64,000 nt of DNA, taken from assembly GCF_902713615.1 (NCBI RefSeq), contig NC_052157.1, positions 76,201,411 to 76,265,410 of the forward strand, in the 5' to 3' direction. This document shows positions 62,215 through 64,000 of the stretch, piece after piece. The position numbers were made by a program, and so were the translations under genes. The notes below the pieces were generated by a model. The model was not told the DNA's origin. It worked only from the letters and a program-made list of their open reading frames with translations, and did not search any database. This stretch comes from Scyliorhinus canicula. Lineage: Eukaryota. Each line of letters starts with the position of its first letter. Positions within the stretch are counted from its first letter, which is position 1.

Positions 62215-63878
62215 ATGGCTGAAACTAGATGCGACGGGGGTGGTTCCGATTCCTGGGGCAGTGGGATCGATTCTGGGACAGGTGAGACCAATACAACCTG
62301 CATGGGTTACACCTGGGAAGGACAGGAACTGATGCCCGTCGGGAGTATGTGCGAGCGAGGTATGGCAGTGCTTAAAGTCAAATGGCAGAGGGCTCGACGC
62401 AGATAAATGAGTCAGAGGAGGACAACATTGAAAGACAGACAGGAGAACAAGAAAAGTGCGCTGCAGAGTAACAAGGGACCTGTTACAAAAGGGTCAGCGT
62501 GAAAAATATTGGGAGTGAGACAACCCATGTTAATCATACAAAGTTACAAGTACTGTGCCTTAACACGCAGAAACTTGACAATACAATCGATGAACGAGTC
62601 CAGCAATTAGGCGTAAAGTAGAGTGATATAGTTGGGATTTCGGACTCTTGGTCGCAGGTTGGACAGGAATGGAAACTCAATGCCCAGGGGGTATTCATAC
62701 TTTAGGAGGGACAAACAAAAACAAAAGGGTCGTGAGGTTGCATTTCTGGACAAAGAAGCATTTAACGCAATAGGAAGAAGGAATATTAGTTCAGACACTC
62801 TGGCATTAGTGTAGGTGCAGCTGAGAAACACATAGGGGCAACGGAACCTTAGTGTGCGTCTTATTTCGAACCCAAACAGTAGTGGTGATGTTGGGAATGG
62901 CTTTAAACATGGGATTAAAGATGCATGCGACTGAATATATATCTGTAATTATGGTGCTTATAATCTGCGGATACATTTGACAAATCCAATTAGCCACGAT
63001 ACCGAAGAGGATGGATTCCGAGAGTATACCTTGAGATGGCTTTACGAACGAATACGTTGAGGAACAAAATAGAGAACAGAGCATCCTTGTATGTGTACTG
63101 TGTAATGAAAACTGAATAATTGACAATCTAACTGTCTAACAATCTAACAATCTAACAAATCCTTGGGATTTGCGACCATAATATAATATAATTTTAAATT
63201 AAGATGGAAATTTAAACAGTTAATACTGAGATTAGTTTCTCGCACCGTAATAAAGGAGGTTACGATGATATGAGTCAGGGGCCGGCTTTCATCGTTTAGT
63301 TAGGGTAAATTAAATGAATGACAGTAATAGCAATGGCAAACATTCACGGAGCGTATGGGAAAACACGAACAATAGTTTATTCCTCTCTGGCACAAACGTA
63401 AAACGGTAAACGTGGTCAATCCATGGCTTACAACGGGAATGACAGATATTATTCAATCCATGGAAGAAGCCGACAAATTAGCCAGGACAACCAACAGGTG
63501 TGAAGATTGGGAGAAGTGTCGTGTTCAGCAAAGAATGATCAAACGATTGATTAAGAAGCAGAGAATAGAGTACGAGAGTGGTATGCAGGGAACATAAACA
63601 TTGACAATAAAAGTTTATATATGTACGTGAAAATAAACATATTGACAAAGACAAATGCAGGTCCCAACAATATAGAAAATGGGGAATGTATTGCACGTGA
63701 CACATGAATGGCTGGACAATTAAAAACACACTTGCTTCTTTCTTGCCAAGTATGGAAACAAATCAGAGACCAAAAATGTTGAAGAATGCCAGGCTTAGGA
63801 AGAGGGAGGAGCGGAAGTAAAACAATATTAATAGATAAATACTGCTGTGAACATTCATGGAATTAAATATTGCTGAAA
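62215..63878 (+). mobile_element. Degraded CR1 (ORF1 end through APE region)
   Basis: GFRFLGQWDRFW, GYSYFRRD..KQKGREVA, PWLT. Confidence 0.8.
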
Positions 63879-64000
63879 TGCAAGAAATGGCAAAATTAGC
63901 GAACCATGGATAACAGGTAAAAATGTGAGACTCTCTAAGAGAAAAAAAGGAAACATACATAAGTTCTAGGCGGCTGAAGACAGGCGTAGCTTTCGAACAA

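Noticed and set aside
1-64000. CRISPR array or prokaryotic operon
   Set aside because: No repeat-spacer array; the content is vertebrate retroelements and spliceosomal introns

Overview
Eukaryotic, repeat-dense DNA. The repeat content (CR1/HER1-type LINEs, HE1-type SINEs, Penelope-associated palindromes, a Gmr1-type LTR element) points to a cartilaginous fish, probably a shark; this is an inference. Every recognisable ORF in the supplied track is a transposon fragment or a satellite artefact. The main result is invisible to that track. The whole window appears to be the inside of one minus-strand host gene, present here only as ten micro-exons spread over ~49 kb (54757 down to 5808). All are flanked by AG/GT, all end in G, all are phase 1, and their sizes run 27-36-15-36-27-36-15-37-27-36 nt. 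After correcting one extra base in the 37-nt exon, they splice into a 97-aa coiled coil: ENELNDKTREIETLKYRVEQLDKISTDLSICQTSLKDLEGSYNVKEKELSDCHELLSKFENIKTALSKCQSSIKDSGEKIKAKDAEIKELKAEIQQS. It has a 38-residue repeat, a heptad stammer supplied by each 15-nt exon, and three core-position cysteines. I cannot name the gene because both ends lie outside the window. The introns also contain a possible internal promoter and leader exon, NF-kB and Ets-IRF motif clusters, a CpG/CCAAT promoter-like island, minimal hammerhead-ribozyme elements, nested LINE stacks and two long low-complexity satellites. Repeat boundaries are approximate unless a terminus or target-site duplication (TSD) is cited.
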